Part shown: positions 44,961 to 54,985 of the stretch, piece by piece
Position numbering within the stretch: the stretch's first letter is position 1
Layout: each line of letters begins with the position of its first letter
Assembly (NCBI GenBank): GCA_963612925.1
Contig: CAVDXG010000001.1
Span: 69,824 to 131,787 of the forward strand
Direction: 5' to 3'
Length of the DNA: 61,964 bases
Source: Coriobacteriaceae bacterium
Lineage (GTDB): Bacteria > Bacillota_I > Bacilli_A > RFN20 > CAG-826
The notes under the pieces: model-generated
Database searches by the model: none
Seen by the model: only the letters and a program-made list of their open reading frames with translations
What the model was told of the DNA's origin: nothing
Translations under genes and position numbers: made by a program

Positions 44961-45271
44961 AAAATAATAACTACTGCTATTGCATAGTCTCCATCGTGGC
45001 TAATACTTACTTCATATTCTTCTTCCTTATATAAAATATAAGGAGATCCATCATCTTTATATAGAACTTCAATTTCTTTTAAAGGAATTTTTAGACCTTG
45101 TTTTTTAGCTTTTGAAAAGGCTTCTTTTGCCGCGAACCTGCCTGCTAGAAATTCCTCTTTTTTGTTCTTCGTTAAATAAATATCGTATTCTTTTTTAGAA
45201 AGAATTCCTTTCGAAAAAGTCTCAATGTCTTTGATGCGAGAAATTTGAACAATATCAGTTCCTAATGTCAT
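44957..45271 (-). CDS. acpS: Holo-[acyl-carrier-protein] synthase
   Basis: From ATG 45271: MTLGTDIVQISRI..., FAAKEAFSKA. The tracked start 45355 would overlap the ftsK 3' end and add non-homologous residues. Confidence 0.85.
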   Translation of the reverse strand: MTLGTDIVQISRIKDIETFSKGILSKKEYDIYLTKNKKEEFLAGRFAAKEAFSKAKKQGLKIPLKEIEVLYKDDGSPYILYKEEEYEVSISHDGDYAIAVVIIL

Positions 45272-45272
45272 T

Positions 45273-48014
45273 TTAGTTTTTCTCACTACTTTCATCTTCA
45301 TCGCTTTCATACAGCGTTGATTCATCGATTGAAGTCGGGCTTTCTGATTGTTCATTTTTAATTAATACCTTATTGCCTCTAGAGTCACCTTGTCTAGCTA
45401 CAAGCCCTTGAGCTTGAAGTTTAGCAAATAATCGTCCAGCTTTAGGGAAGCCAACGCCATAAGTGCGTTGAATATAAGATATTGAGCAATATTCTTTGCT
45501 AGTTAAATCTGATTTGATTTGTTCATAGAGTTGCTCTTCAGTCGCTTCTTTTAATGAGGCTATATCAACGCTTACTCCTTCCTCAGATGGAGCAAAATCT
45601 TGACTGTGATCAGTTAAATCTAAAAATTCTGGATCATACATTGGCTGCGCTTGTTTTCTAATGTAGTCAGCAACTCGATTGATTTCACTAGAAGTTACAA
45701 AGCAACCTTGAACACGAGGCTTTGAACCATGAGTAACTGAGGTACAATCGACAATCATATCGCCATTGCCTAAAAGTTTTTCTGCTCCGCCTTCGCCAAT
45801 GATGGTATTAGAGTCGACATAAGAGCCCACCATTAAAGCTACTCTTGAACTCAAGTTGGCTTTGATGACGCCATCGATGACGTTAACTGAAGGTCTTTGA
45901 GTTGCCACAATCATATGAATGCCTGCTCCTCGAGCTTTTTGAGCAATTCGGACAACAGGTTCTCTAATTTCTTTAACCTCATCTGTTAAATCGGCATATT
46001 CATCGATGAATACTGCAATTATTGGTAAAGGTTCAATGCCTTTTTCTTTGGCTAATTCATTGAAATCTTTGATATCGCGAGTGCCGTTTGATTCAAATAA
46101 GTTATATCTTCTTTCCATTTCATCAACTAATTTCCTTAAAGCAACTAAGGCCTTTCGCGGTTGATTGACAATTGGACAAAGAAGATGCGGCACATCTTTG
46201 TAATAAGACATTTCAACTTTCTTTGGATCAATTAATAGTAACTTAAGTTCATAAGGAGTCGTTCGCATGAGCAAAGAAAGAATGCACGAATGCATAAAAA
46301 TAGATTTTCCTGAACCGGTTGTCCCAGCGACTAATAGATGTGGGAATTTAGTGACGCTTTCATATAATAGATTGCCAGATATTCCTTTACCAAAAGGAAT
46401 AACATATCGATATTTCTCACCTTGTGGTAGACAAGCTAGAGTTTCTCTAAGACCAACATTGATGCGAATTTCGTTTTGAATTTCAATTCCGGAAGTAGTT
46501 TCACCAAAAACGATTGGTTCAAATCTAAACGGCACGCCACCTAAACGGATAGAAATATCCTCCACCACTCGCTTGATGTTAGAGACTGTAACATTTGATT
46601 TTGTGGAAATGTTATAACGTGTGACCGATGGACCTGTTTTATAACTGATGCATTCTGCTCCAATATTTAAATCGCGGAAAATGCTATTTAAATTCTCTAC
46701 TCGTTGTTGGCATGATTGATCGTTTTTAGTCAAATCATCGAGGTTTTCATGCAAATCTAAAAGTTCAAGAGGCGGCAGTTTGTATAGAGGCTTTACCACC
46801 GCTTTTGGTTGAGGGCGATGCAATGGATCGCTTATAGTGTCGATGTGGACATTGCTTAAATCTACTTCATCTATCTTTTTTGCATCTTCTTGAGGCTGCT
46901 TGTTAACATTTTGCTCTTCAGGACTATTTTCTTCTTTAAATAGTTTTTCGCTTTCCATTTCTTCTTGTACAAAATTGTTATCGCTTGCTTCTTCAGCTTC
47001 ATAGATTGGCTCTTTTAAAGTTTCCTCTACTTCTTTTTCGTTAACTTTTTCAACATATGGATTGCTTTGATATAGCGTTCTTTCTTCTGGTTGAACAAAT
47101 TTAGAAGTATCACTTCCATCAAGTGAGAAAATTGGTCGCTTTAGTCCGTGAGTTGTGTTAAATGATGAGACTGTTAGTTCATTAATATTGATGTTAGGTT
47201 CTTTTTCTTCCTCTTTATTTACTGCTGGAATTAAGTTGATGACATCATCATTTTTATCTTCGATTAATAAGCCTTCCTCTTGCGTGCTAACGCTGCTATT
47301 ATGGACATCTTCGATAGCTTCTTTACGGCGTTTATTGCCCTTGATGTAGGCTAACAATTTTTTGATTTGTTGATTAAAAACCATCAATAAGCCGACGAGG
47401 ATTAATAGCCAAGCAAAAATCATCGTTCCAACTGGAGTGATGCTATTATTAAGCATTCCGCATAAGACATAGCCGACAAAACCGCCGCCTAAATTAGGAT
47501 TATTGATGACAAAACCTGCTAATGAGGTATCTTTCCCTTCTTGAATTAAGCCGTTAGCTTCAGCAAAATTTAGAGCTATTTGATTCAAATAATCAACCGA
47601 ATTATTGAATAGCAGGCGTTCATAAATATATTCTTCATCGTTTATATTGACTGTTCCAGATTTAAACATCGAGATGACGACATTTTTGCCTTCGCTATTA
47701 ACGACTTTTTGACCTTCGCTTCCAAATGCTGAAAAAAGAATTAATAACGCAAAAAAGATGACGAATAGTCCCCAAATTGAAATGCCGATGCGATATTTTT
47801 GTAGATTGTTACGGAATATTAAATAAATTCCCCAAGCAAATAAAATTGGCACCAATATCCAAAAGCCAACAAAACCAAAGGCTCCTAAGATGCCAATTGA
47901 AAGGAAATTAAAAACCGATTTATTTGAAAAAACGATTATAAGTGAAAATAAGCATACGCAGATGCCGGCTAAGACATAGTTGCTTTCTTTCGATATATTA
48001 AGTTTTTTCTTCAT
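45273..48014 (-). CDS. ftsK: DNA translocase FtsK/SpoIIIE
   Basis: N-terminal 4-5 TM helices, long acidic linker, motor domain with Walker A GTTGSGKS, C-terminal winged-helix gamma domain (YIQRTYGVGFPKAGRL). The start is 48014 (MKKKL) or 48080. Confidence 0.9.
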   Translation of the reverse strand: MKKKLNISKESNYVLAGICVCLFSLIIVFSNKSVFNFLSIGILGAFGFVGFWILVPILFAWGIYLIFRNNLQKYRIGISIWGLFVIFFALLILFSAFGSEGQKVVNSEGKNVVISMFKSGTVNINDEEYIYERLLFNNSVDYLNQIALNFAEANGLIQEGKDTSLAGFVINNPNLGGGFVGYVLCGMLNNSITPVGTMIFAWLLILVGLLMVFNQQIKKLLAYIKGNKRRKEAIEDVHNSSVSTQEEGLLIEDKNDDVINLIPAVNKEEEKEPNININELTVSSFNTTHGLKRPIFSLDGSDTSKFVQPEERTLYQSNPYVEKVNEKEVEETLKEPIYEAEEASDNNFVQEEMESEKLFKEENSPEEQNVNKQPQEDAKKIDEVDLSNVHIDTISDPLHRPQPKAVVKPLYKLPPLELLDLHENLDDLTKNDQSCQQRVENLNSIFRDLNIGAECISYKTGPSVTRYNISTKSNVTVSNIKRVVEDISIRLGGVPFRFEPIVFGETTSGIEIQNEIRINVGLRETLACLPQGEKYRYVIPFGKGISGNLLYESVTKFPHLLVAGTTGSGKSIFMHSCILSLLMRTTPYELKLLLIDPKKVEMSYYKDVPHLLCPIVNQPRKALVALRKLVDEMERRYNLFESNGTRDIKDFNELAKEKGIEPLPIIAVFIDEYADLTDEVKEIREPVVRIAQKARGAGIHMIVATQRPSVNVIDGVIKANLSSRVALMVGSYVDSNTIIGEGGAEKLLGNGDMIVDCTSVTHGSKPRVQGCFVTSSEINRVADYIRKQAQPMYDPEFLDLTDHSQDFAPSEEGVSVDIASLKEATEEQLYEQIKSDLTSKEYCSISYIQRTYGVGFPKAGRLFAKLQAQGLVARQGDSRGNKVLIKNEQSESPTSIDESTLYESDEDESSEKN

Positions 48015-48019
48015 GTTTT

Positions 48020-49696
48020 TTATTCTTCTTCGTAAAGGAAGAGAATGATTTTTGGATCTTTTAAAGTCATTCTTCGACAAGCTTTTGAAAGGCTATCGGT
48101 GACGCTGCTTTGAATATGAGCTTTATGAACAAGAGGAAGAGCAAAGCACTCAGCTAGAGCTAAATCGAGTACTTTATTTAATTCTTTAATGAATTTTTCG
48201 CTTTCTTTAATCATCATGATTCCGCGTGGCTGAATATCAGGACCATAAGTGAGCTTTCTTAATGATTTGCTATAGCCAAAGCCAACAACAAGCGCTCCAT
48301 CATCGCCAAATGTGGCGCGATCTTCAATTGTTGATGCGCTGTTATCGCCAATATTTATGCCATCGACAAATAAATCGCCAGTGAGGACAGTTTCATCGCT
48401 AATGTATCCGCCTTTATTATCGATTTTAAAAACCATGCCATTGTCTAAAACAAATACATTGGTGTGATTTAAGCCTATACCAGTGTTCACGGCGATCTTA
48501 GCGTTAGCGAGTAAATCGGTAAACATTCCAGAAATTGGAATGTAATATTTTGGTCTAAATGAAGATAACATCGATTTAATGTCTTCTTCTGAGGCGCGCA
48601 TTTTTAAGAATTCTTTTTTGTTGAAATAGATGATTTTAACGCCATCTGTTCGATACAATTCGTTGACTGCGTCGCTAGTTAATGTTTCATTTGAATTATC
48701 GCTATGTAATCCGAGGATAAATGTATCGCCTGAGACTAGTTTTAGTCGTTTATCGCTATGTTGGCCAGAGGCAAAAAGCGAAATTTTGTGATAAATTCTT
48801 GAACCAAAACCTGAGATGATGATTAAAGTTTCGTTTGGACGAGCGCGAGACACATCATCTAAATAACCGATGTTTTTAGACGGTATTTCAAAGCGATAAG
48901 TCTTAACAACGCGATAATAAATCTCACGAATGGTATCATCATAGGCGTAAATCTTTCGACCATATTTTATGGCTAATTTGATGATCATCTCGGTATTATA
49001 GACATCGTTAGTCTCTAAGGCGACAAAAATTCGGCCTTGAGCATCTTTGAATGTTCTTTCTACAAGCGGAGCAAGTTTATATTTTGGATTGGTGTAGCCA
49101 CTTTTTGTCGCATAACTTGAATCAAGCATCAATAATAATGTTTCTTCTCCTGTGATTTCCGAGAAAGCTTTGGTGTTCGAAACATAGCCGTTATCGCAGT
49201 TGCTATCGATGACAAAGTCATCGACAAAGACGATATTACCCTTATCGGTAGAAATTGCTACTCCAAAGGAGCGGGCTAATGCTGAAGCGGTTTGGAAAAA
49301 TCGTACTTTTCGATTAGCGATGATTCGTTTATCGCAAGGATTTACGATATCGAAATCAAATGTCACTTTAGCGTGATGATGTTCACAAAATGATTCTAAA
49401 AATATTTTGGTCACATCAGTGCAATAGACTTTAGCAGGAACTCTTTTAATTAAATAAGGAAGACCTCCGATAACTAAATCATCACCTTTTGTCAGGATAT
49501 AAGCTCTTACTTTATCTTTATTTTTTAGCAAATAATCAAAGCGAGGAATGATAAAATCGATGCCATGTTTAGTTTTATCAGGCATCTTAATGCCACAGTC
49601 GAGAACGAAAATATCATCGTTTATTTCGACGCATGTTAAATTTTTACCATATTCATCTTGACCTCCAAGATGAACGATTCTCACTTTATCTTCCAT
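48020..49696 (-). CDS. RNase J-family protein with degenerate active site (RNase J2-like pseudoenzyme)
   Basis: Colinear over its full length with B. subtilis RNase J1 (as I recall it), including the beta-CASP and C-terminal domains. HGHEDH is replaced by KGDDLV, and the other conserved His positions are also lost. Sits upstream of ftsK, as B. subtilis rnjB does. Confidence 0.8.
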   Translation of the reverse strand: MEDKVRIVHLGGQDEYGKNLTCVEINDDIFVLDCGIKMPDKTKHGIDFIIPRFDYLLKNKDKVRAYILTKGDDLVIGGLPYLIKRVPAKVYCTDVTKIFLESFCEHHHAKVTFDFDIVNPCDKRIIANRKVRFFQTASALARSFGVAISTDKGNIVFVDDFVIDSNCDNGYVSNTKAFSEITGEETLLLMLDSSYATKSGYTNPKYKLAPLVERTFKDAQGRIFVALETNDVYNTEMIIKLAIKYGRKIYAYDDTIREIYYRVVKTYRFEIPSKNIGYLDDVSRARPNETLIIISGFGSRIYHKISLFASGQHSDKRLKLVSGDTFILGLHSDNSNETLTSDAVNELYRTDGVKIIYFNKKEFLKMRASEEDIKSMLSSFRPKYYIPISGMFTDLLANAKIAVNTGIGLNHTNVFVLDNGMVFKIDNKGGYISDETVLTGDLFVDGINIGDNSASTIEDRATFGDDGALVVGFGYSKSLRKLTYGPDIQPRGIMMIKESEKFIKELNKVLDLALAECFALPLVHKAHIQSSVTDSLSKACRRMTLKDPKIILFLYEEE

Positions 49697-49707
49697 TTAT
49701 TTATTAT

Positions 49708-50049
49708 TTACTCCAAGTTTCTTGTCGCGACGATATTTGAATCGCTCCCGCAGACATTTTTAATTATGATGTCGCCAATATGAATAGGAAGCTTTACTAT
49801 TTTGCTATCTATTTCTTTCATCGCCTCAAGAATAAGGCGCTTTTCAATTGGCTTATCAGTTTTAACTGATACTCGAGGATGAACTAAATCGTTGGTTTTC
49901 ATCGTTGAAGTCAATGTTCTTTTTGGGCAGGTGAGTTCTTCAACGGCGTATCTAGCACCTCTAGGGCAAAAATTACCTGTAACTTTTAAATCATCATCAA
50001 TGAGTAGATGACATCCTCTAGGGCAAATGATGCATGTTAGTTCTTTCAT
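49708..50049 (-). CDS. DUF1667 domain protein
   Basis: CIICPRGC...CPRG cysteine motifs. 113 aa. Usual third member of the FAD-dehydrogenase trio. Confidence 0.75.
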   Translation of the reverse strand: MKELTCIICPRGCHLLIDDDLKVTGNFCPRGARYAVEELTCPKRTLTSTMKTNDLVHPRVSVKTDKPIEKRLILEAMKEIDSKIVKLPIHIGDIIIKNVCGSDSNIVATRNLE

Positions 50050-51302
50050 TTTCTTTCCTCGATTTGAATGTTGATATTGTTATCATTTTTATTCAATAAG
50101 GATTTATCTAAAGCAATGATTTCCATTTCAGAAGGAATAATTGCTCCTTTATAAATCTTTTTAATCAATCTATCGCCTTCATAAAAGACGATATCGATGT
50201 TTTTATAAGGCTTCTTAACTCTAAATTTGAAATTGATTTTATCGTCAGCATCGTCATAATTTAGCTTTCCAGGGACGACATAGCCAATTCCGTTGTTGGC
50301 GTTAATATTATATTCAAAGCCTTGATGTTTGATTTTGCCGTTTAAATATTTATAAGCTCCATTCGCAGCTTCACGAGCTTCTTTTGTAACATAATCGACT
50401 AAATCGTGAACATGAAGCACATTGCCACAGGCAAATATTCCATCAAAGGTTGTTTCCATATCTTGGCTTACTAATGGTCCGCGAGCTTTGCTAAATGTGA
50501 TATTTAAATCGTTTAGCAAAGTAGTATTAGGAACTAAGCCGATTGATAAAAGTAAGGTATCGGCATCAATTTCTTCTTCAGTTCCTTCGATGAAATTGAA
50601 TTTTTCATCAACTTTAGCCAAAATTACTTTCTCTAATTTATTCTTTCCGCGAACTTCTTTGACAGTTGTTGATAATTTTAATGGAATATCGAAGTCGTTT
50701 AAGCATTGAACGATGTTGCGGTTTAAACCTGCGCTATAAGGGTTGATTTCACAGACGCAAACAACTTTCGCTCCTTCTAGCGTCATTCTTCTAGCCATGA
50801 TAAGTCCGATATCACCGCTGCCAAGAATGACAACTTTTTTGCCAACTAGATAGCCGTAACTATTTAAATATAGTTGAGCTTGCCCAGCGGTGTAAATTCC
50901 ACTTGGTCTAGTTCCGGCTAAACTAATAGCCCCGGCGTTTCTTTCATAACAACCGGTAGTAAGAATAATTGCTTTCGCTTTAACTTCAACAATTCCTTCT
51001 ACTGAATTTGAATAAGTTACTACTTTATCCTTATTAATTGATAAAACATAGCTTGAAAGTCGATATTCAATCTTCTTTTCTTCGATTAATTTTGAAAAGC
51101 GAGTCATGAATTCTGGACCAGTTAATTCGGTATTGAATTCAATTAAACCAAAGCCGTTATGAATGCATTGATTTAAAATGCCACCTAAATAGTCATTTTT
51201 TTCTAACAATAAGATGTTTTTAACGCCTAATTCATAAGCCTTTAAGGCGCTGGCCATACCAGCGGATCCACCGCCGATGATTACTAAATCTTTCTCAATC
51301 AT
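50046..51302 (-). CDS. FAD/NAD(P)-binding pyridine nucleotide-disulfide family oxidoreductase
   Basis: Two Rossmann dinucleotide motifs (IIGGGSAGMA, ILGSGDIGL). 418 aa. 4-nt overlaps on both sides. Confidence 0.8.
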   Translation of the reverse strand: MIEKDLVIIGGGSAGMASALKAYELGVKNILLLEKNDYLGGILNQCIHNGFGLIEFNTELTGPEFMTRFSKLIEEKKIEYRLSSYVLSINKDKVVTYSNSVEGIVEVKAKAIILTTGCYERNAGAISLAGTRPSGIYTAGQAQLYLNSYGYLVGKKVVILGSGDIGLIMARRMTLEGAKVVCVCEINPYSAGLNRNIVQCLNDFDIPLKLSTTVKEVRGKNKLEKVILAKVDEKFNFIEGTEEEIDADTLLLSIGLVPNTTLLNDLNITFSKARGPLVSQDMETTFDGIFACGNVLHVHDLVDYVTKEAREAANGAYKYLNGKIKHQGFEYNINANNGIGYVVPGKLNYDDADDKINFKFRVKKPYKNIDIVFYEGDRLIKKIYKGAIIPSEMEIIALDKSLLNKNDNNINIQIEERK

Positions 51303-52741
51303 AATTTGGCCTCACTTTTATTTTCATATCGACAAATATTTGATTCATCTTTATCTAGGAGAATATCACTCATCTTCACATGGTAATAATCAGCGAGAAG
51401 TTGAATGACTTTGCTTTGACAGAAGCCACCTTGGCATTTGCCAAAGCCTGCTCTTGTTCTTTTCTTGACTGCTTTTACAGTTCTTGGCGGAACTGAGCGA
51501 GATAATTCATCTTTAATTTCACCTAAAGAAATCTTTTCGCATGAACAAACAATCGTTCCGTAATCTGGATTTTCTTTGATAATTTTATTTCGTTCTTCAT
51601 TTGATAAATCTTTTAAGATACGATGTTTTCTAATAAAAGGCTCATAATTTTCCTTTTTCTCTAATTTTTTCACTCCGTTTAAAAGGTTATCTACCACATA
51701 TTCAGCAATAGCTGGTGATGAGGCTAAACCGGGAGATTCAATTCCGCTGACGACGATAAAATGATTATCACTTTTCGCGTAAGAGATATTGAAATCGTGA
51801 TTGCTAGGAGTTGGTCTAACACCAGAGAAAACACGAATCGATTGATTGAAAGGAATGTTATCAACCATTCTGTTGACGCTATTTCTAACTTCATCAAGAG
51901 TCATCTTATCGGTGCTTAAATCATCTTTATCTTCAATTAATTCGCTCGATGGACCAATTAGATAATTTCCACTTGTGGTCGGCACCACTAGAACCCCTTT
52001 TCCTTTTTCACTAGGAAGCGGGAAGATTACATGATTGACAAAGCCTTTTTGGAAATGGTCTAAAACGAAATATTCACCTTTTCGAGGAGTGATTTTGTAA
52101 TCGATTTCTTCGATTAAAGCATGAATATGATCGCTATTGACGCCGGCTGCATCGATGATAAATTTGCTTTCATATTCACCTTTATTAGTTTTAACGATGA
52201 AATATTCACCATTCTTTTTAATGTCGATAACTTCTTCACCTAAATGAAGTTTCACGCCATTATCGACGGCATTTTCCATCGCATGAACGCATAAAGTAAA
52301 TGGATTGACGACATAGCAGTCTTCCGCTAAAAGAGCTCCGACGATATTTTTATTTACATTTTTTTCTTCTTTTAGAACTTCTTTGCGGGAAAGGAGCTTG
52401 ACTTTAACGCCATTCTCCTTTCCACGTGTTACTAAAAATTCAAGTTGCTTATAATCCTCATCGCTAAAAGCTAGTGTCAAAGAGCCGATTTTATCTAAAG
52501 GAACATCGAGTTCCTCGGCAATTTGAGGATACATTTTGTTGCCTAAAACATTGAATTTAGCTTTGTTTGAATTAGGCTTTGGATCATATCCAGAGTGAAC
52601 AATGCCGGAATTTGCCATCGAGGTGACATTACCAACATCGTTTTCTTTTTCAACAACTAACACATCAAGTTTATATGATGAAAGTTTTCTTGCTATAAGT
52701 GAACCGACTACACCGGCTCCGATAAGGATTACATCAAGCAT
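51299..52741 (-). CDS. FAD-dependent glycerol-3-phosphate dehydrogenase/oxidase-like protein with BFD-like [2Fe-2S] domain
   Basis: N-terminal LIGAGVVGS DAO-type FAD fold. C-terminal CSCE...C..C BFD-like cysteine motif. Confidence 0.8.
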   Translation of the reverse strand: MLDVILIGAGVVGSLIARKLSSYKLDVLVVEKENDVGNVTSMANSGIVHSGYDPKPNSNKAKFNVLGNKMYPQIAEELDVPLDKIGSLTLAFSDEDYKQLEFLVTRGKENGVKVKLLSRKEVLKEEKNVNKNIVGALLAEDCYVVNPFTLCVHAMENAVDNGVKLHLGEEVIDIKKNGEYFIVKTNKGEYESKFIIDAAGVNSDHIHALIEEIDYKITPRKGEYFVLDHFQKGFVNHVIFPLPSEKGKGVLVVPTTSGNYLIGPSSELIEDKDDLSTDKMTLDEVRNSVNRMVDNIPFNQSIRVFSGVRPTPSNHDFNISYAKSDNHFIVVSGIESPGLASSPAIAEYVVDNLLNGVKKLEKKENYEPFIRKHRILKDLSNEERNKIIKENPDYGTIVCSCEKISLGEIKDELSRSVPPRTVKAVKKRTRAGFGKCQGGFCQSKVIQLLADYYHVKMSDILLDKDESNICRYENKSEAKL

Positions 52742-52743
52742 AA

Positions 52744-54912
52744 TTATTTACGACGACCTTTAAATGATTTAAATTCTGGTTTTTCAACATAACCAGCTGG
52801 CTTTTCGACGAATTCGCGATGGGAGACTTTGACTTTTCCTTTGTCATCAATCTCGATGACGCGAACTTTAATCTTATCGCCAACTTTTACAACATCTTGT
52901 GCTCTATCGATAAAGCCCCAGCCAAGTCGTGAAACATGGCATAAGCCTTCGCAGTTACCGAATAATTTGACAAAAGCACCGTAATCTTCAATGCGAGTTA
53001 CTTCGCCTTCATAAACTTCGCCAACTTTAGCTTCGCGAACGATATCTTCAATCATTTGTTTAGCTTTGTTAATCATTTCTCTATCCATGTGATAAATCAC
53101 GACATGACCATCATCATCGATATCGATTTGAACATTGTCGCATTTGGCAATGATGTCATTGATAACCTTGCCTCCAGTTCCGATAACTTCACGTATTTTA
53201 TCAACATCGATGGTGAGTTTATCGAGTTTAGGAGCGTATTTAGCAACATCTTTACGAGGTTCAGCGATTGCTTTTTCCATAACTTTACGGATTTCTGCAC
53301 GAGCTTTATGAGCTTGAGCAAGAGCTTCGCTTAAGACTTCACGAGTGACGCCAGCGATTTTGATATCCATTTGTAAAGCTGTAATACCTTTTGCAGTACC
53401 AGCGACTTTGAAGTCCATATCACCGAAGTGATCTTCTAAGCCTTGAATATCGGTAAGAATCGTATATGGATGTTTTCCATCAAGTGGTCCGGAACTAATT
53501 AAGCCCATGGCGATGCCACTGACGACACCTTTAATAGGAACACCAGCTGCCATAAGTGACATACAACCGGCGCAAATTGAAGCTTGGCTAGATGAACCGT
53601 TTGATTCAACTACTTCGCTAACTGTTCGAATGGTATATGGGAAAGTTTCTTCGTCGGGAATGACATATGAAAGAGCTCTTTCACCTAAAGCACCATGTCC
53701 GATTTCTCTTCGAGCTAAGACGCCAATTTTGCCAGTTGAACCAACGCACCATTGTGGGAAATTGTAGTGATGCATAAAGCGTTTTTTCTCAACAGGTGTT
53801 AAATCATCGATGATTTGTTCATCGCTTAATGGTCCAAGAGTGGTTACTGAAATAACTTGAGTTTGTCCACGAGTGAACATAGCGGAACCATGAGCACGTG
53901 GCAATAAATCAATTTGAGCGTCAAGAGGACGAATTTCATCAACCTTTCTTCCATCTGGACGAATCTTTTCATCAGTGATTAATCGACGAACTTCTTGATG
54001 GACGATGTCTTCTTGAACTTCATGAACTCTTTGAACAGTTGTAGCTTTATCTTTTTCAGTTGGATATTCTTTTGCAGCATATAAAGCTTCAGTTTCTGCT
54101 TCAATTGCCGAAATCTTTTCTTCTCTTTCGAGTTTATCTTTTGTAGAAACAGCTTTGCGAAGTTTCTTATCGACTAATTCAACAACTTCTTTTCGTAAAT
54201 CTTCTGGAATTGTCTTTAATTGAACTTCTCTTTTTGGTTTTCCGACTTCTTTAATAATTTTATTTTCGAAGGCGACAAGTTTTTTAACAGCTTCATGTCC
54301 AAACATTAAGGCATCAAGCATATCTTCTTCACTAACTTCGGCCGCACCGGCTTCGACCATGTTAATTGCATCGGCGGTACCAGCAACTGTTAAGTCAATA
54401 TCTGACACTTTCTTTTGTTCAACGCTTGGGTTGATAACTAATTTGCCATCGACTCGTCCAACATAAACACCAGCAATTGGTCCATTGAATGGGATGTCGC
54501 TGATGGAAACTGCTAATGATGAACCCAACATTGCAGCTAATTCAGGTGAGCAATCATAATCAACGCTTAAGACTTGGCTGACAACTTGCACTTCATTTCT
54601 AAATCCTTCAGGGAATAATGGTCGCATTGTTCGATCGGTAATGCGACTTGCTAAAATAGCATGTGAGCTTGGACGTGATTCACGTCTTAAGAATGAGCCT
54701 GGAATCTTTCCAGCAGCGTACATTCTTTCTTGATATTCCACAGATAATGGGAAGAAATCCCAGTCAACTGTGTGATTTGAGATGGTAGCATTTGATAAAA
54801 CAACTGTTTCACCATAACGCACCAAAACTGCCGCAGCGGTCTGTTTGGCAATCTCGCCAACTTCGACAACAATTTTGCGACCTTCGAACTCTAATTCGAA
54901 TGTTTTTTTCAT
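52744..54912 (-). CDS. pnp: Polyribonucleotide nucleotidyltransferase (PNPase)
   Basis: 722 aa. Two RNase PH domains, then KH (VIGTGGKVI) and S1 (VGEVYEGEVTRIEDYGAFV) domains. Confidence 0.95.
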   Translation of the reverse strand: MKKTFELEFEGRKIVVEVGEIAKQTAAAVLVRYGETVVLSNATISNHTVDWDFFPLSVEYQERMYAAGKIPGSFLRRESRPSSHAILASRITDRTMRPLFPEGFRNEVQVVSQVLSVDYDCSPELAAMLGSSLAVSISDIPFNGPIAGVYVGRVDGKLVINPSVEQKKVSDIDLTVAGTADAINMVEAGAAEVSEEDMLDALMFGHEAVKKLVAFENKIIKEVGKPKREVQLKTIPEDLRKEVVELVDKKLRKAVSTKDKLEREEKISAIEAETEALYAAKEYPTEKDKATTVQRVHEVQEDIVHQEVRRLITDEKIRPDGRKVDEIRPLDAQIDLLPRAHGSAMFTRGQTQVISVTTLGPLSDEQIIDDLTPVEKKRFMHHYNFPQWCVGSTGKIGVLARREIGHGALGERALSYVIPDEETFPYTIRTVSEVVESNGSSSQASICAGCMSLMAAGVPIKGVVSGIAMGLISSGPLDGKHPYTILTDIQGLEDHFGDMDFKVAGTAKGITALQMDIKIAGVTREVLSEALAQAHKARAEIRKVMEKAIAEPRKDVAKYAPKLDKLTIDVDKIREVIGTGGKVINDIIAKCDNVQIDIDDDGHVVIYHMDREMINKAKQMIEDIVREAKVGEVYEGEVTRIEDYGAFVKLFGNCEGLCHVSRLGWGFIDRAQDVVKVGDKIKVRVIEIDDKGKVKVSHREFVEKPAGYVEKPEFKSFKGRRK

Positions 54913-54985
54913 TTCTTTTTCTTTCTCCTTTTGTAAACTATTATGATTTTAACATAAATGTTAGAAAAGTAATAAGCCTTTTAGA

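Noticed and set aside
54949-54957. Third occurrence of the XerD-arm core TTATGTTAA (minus strand) upstream of pnp.
   Set aside because: A 9-mer of this composition is expected a few times by chance in 62 kb. Here it is explained by an extended -10 promoter (TGT-TAAAAT) for pnp.
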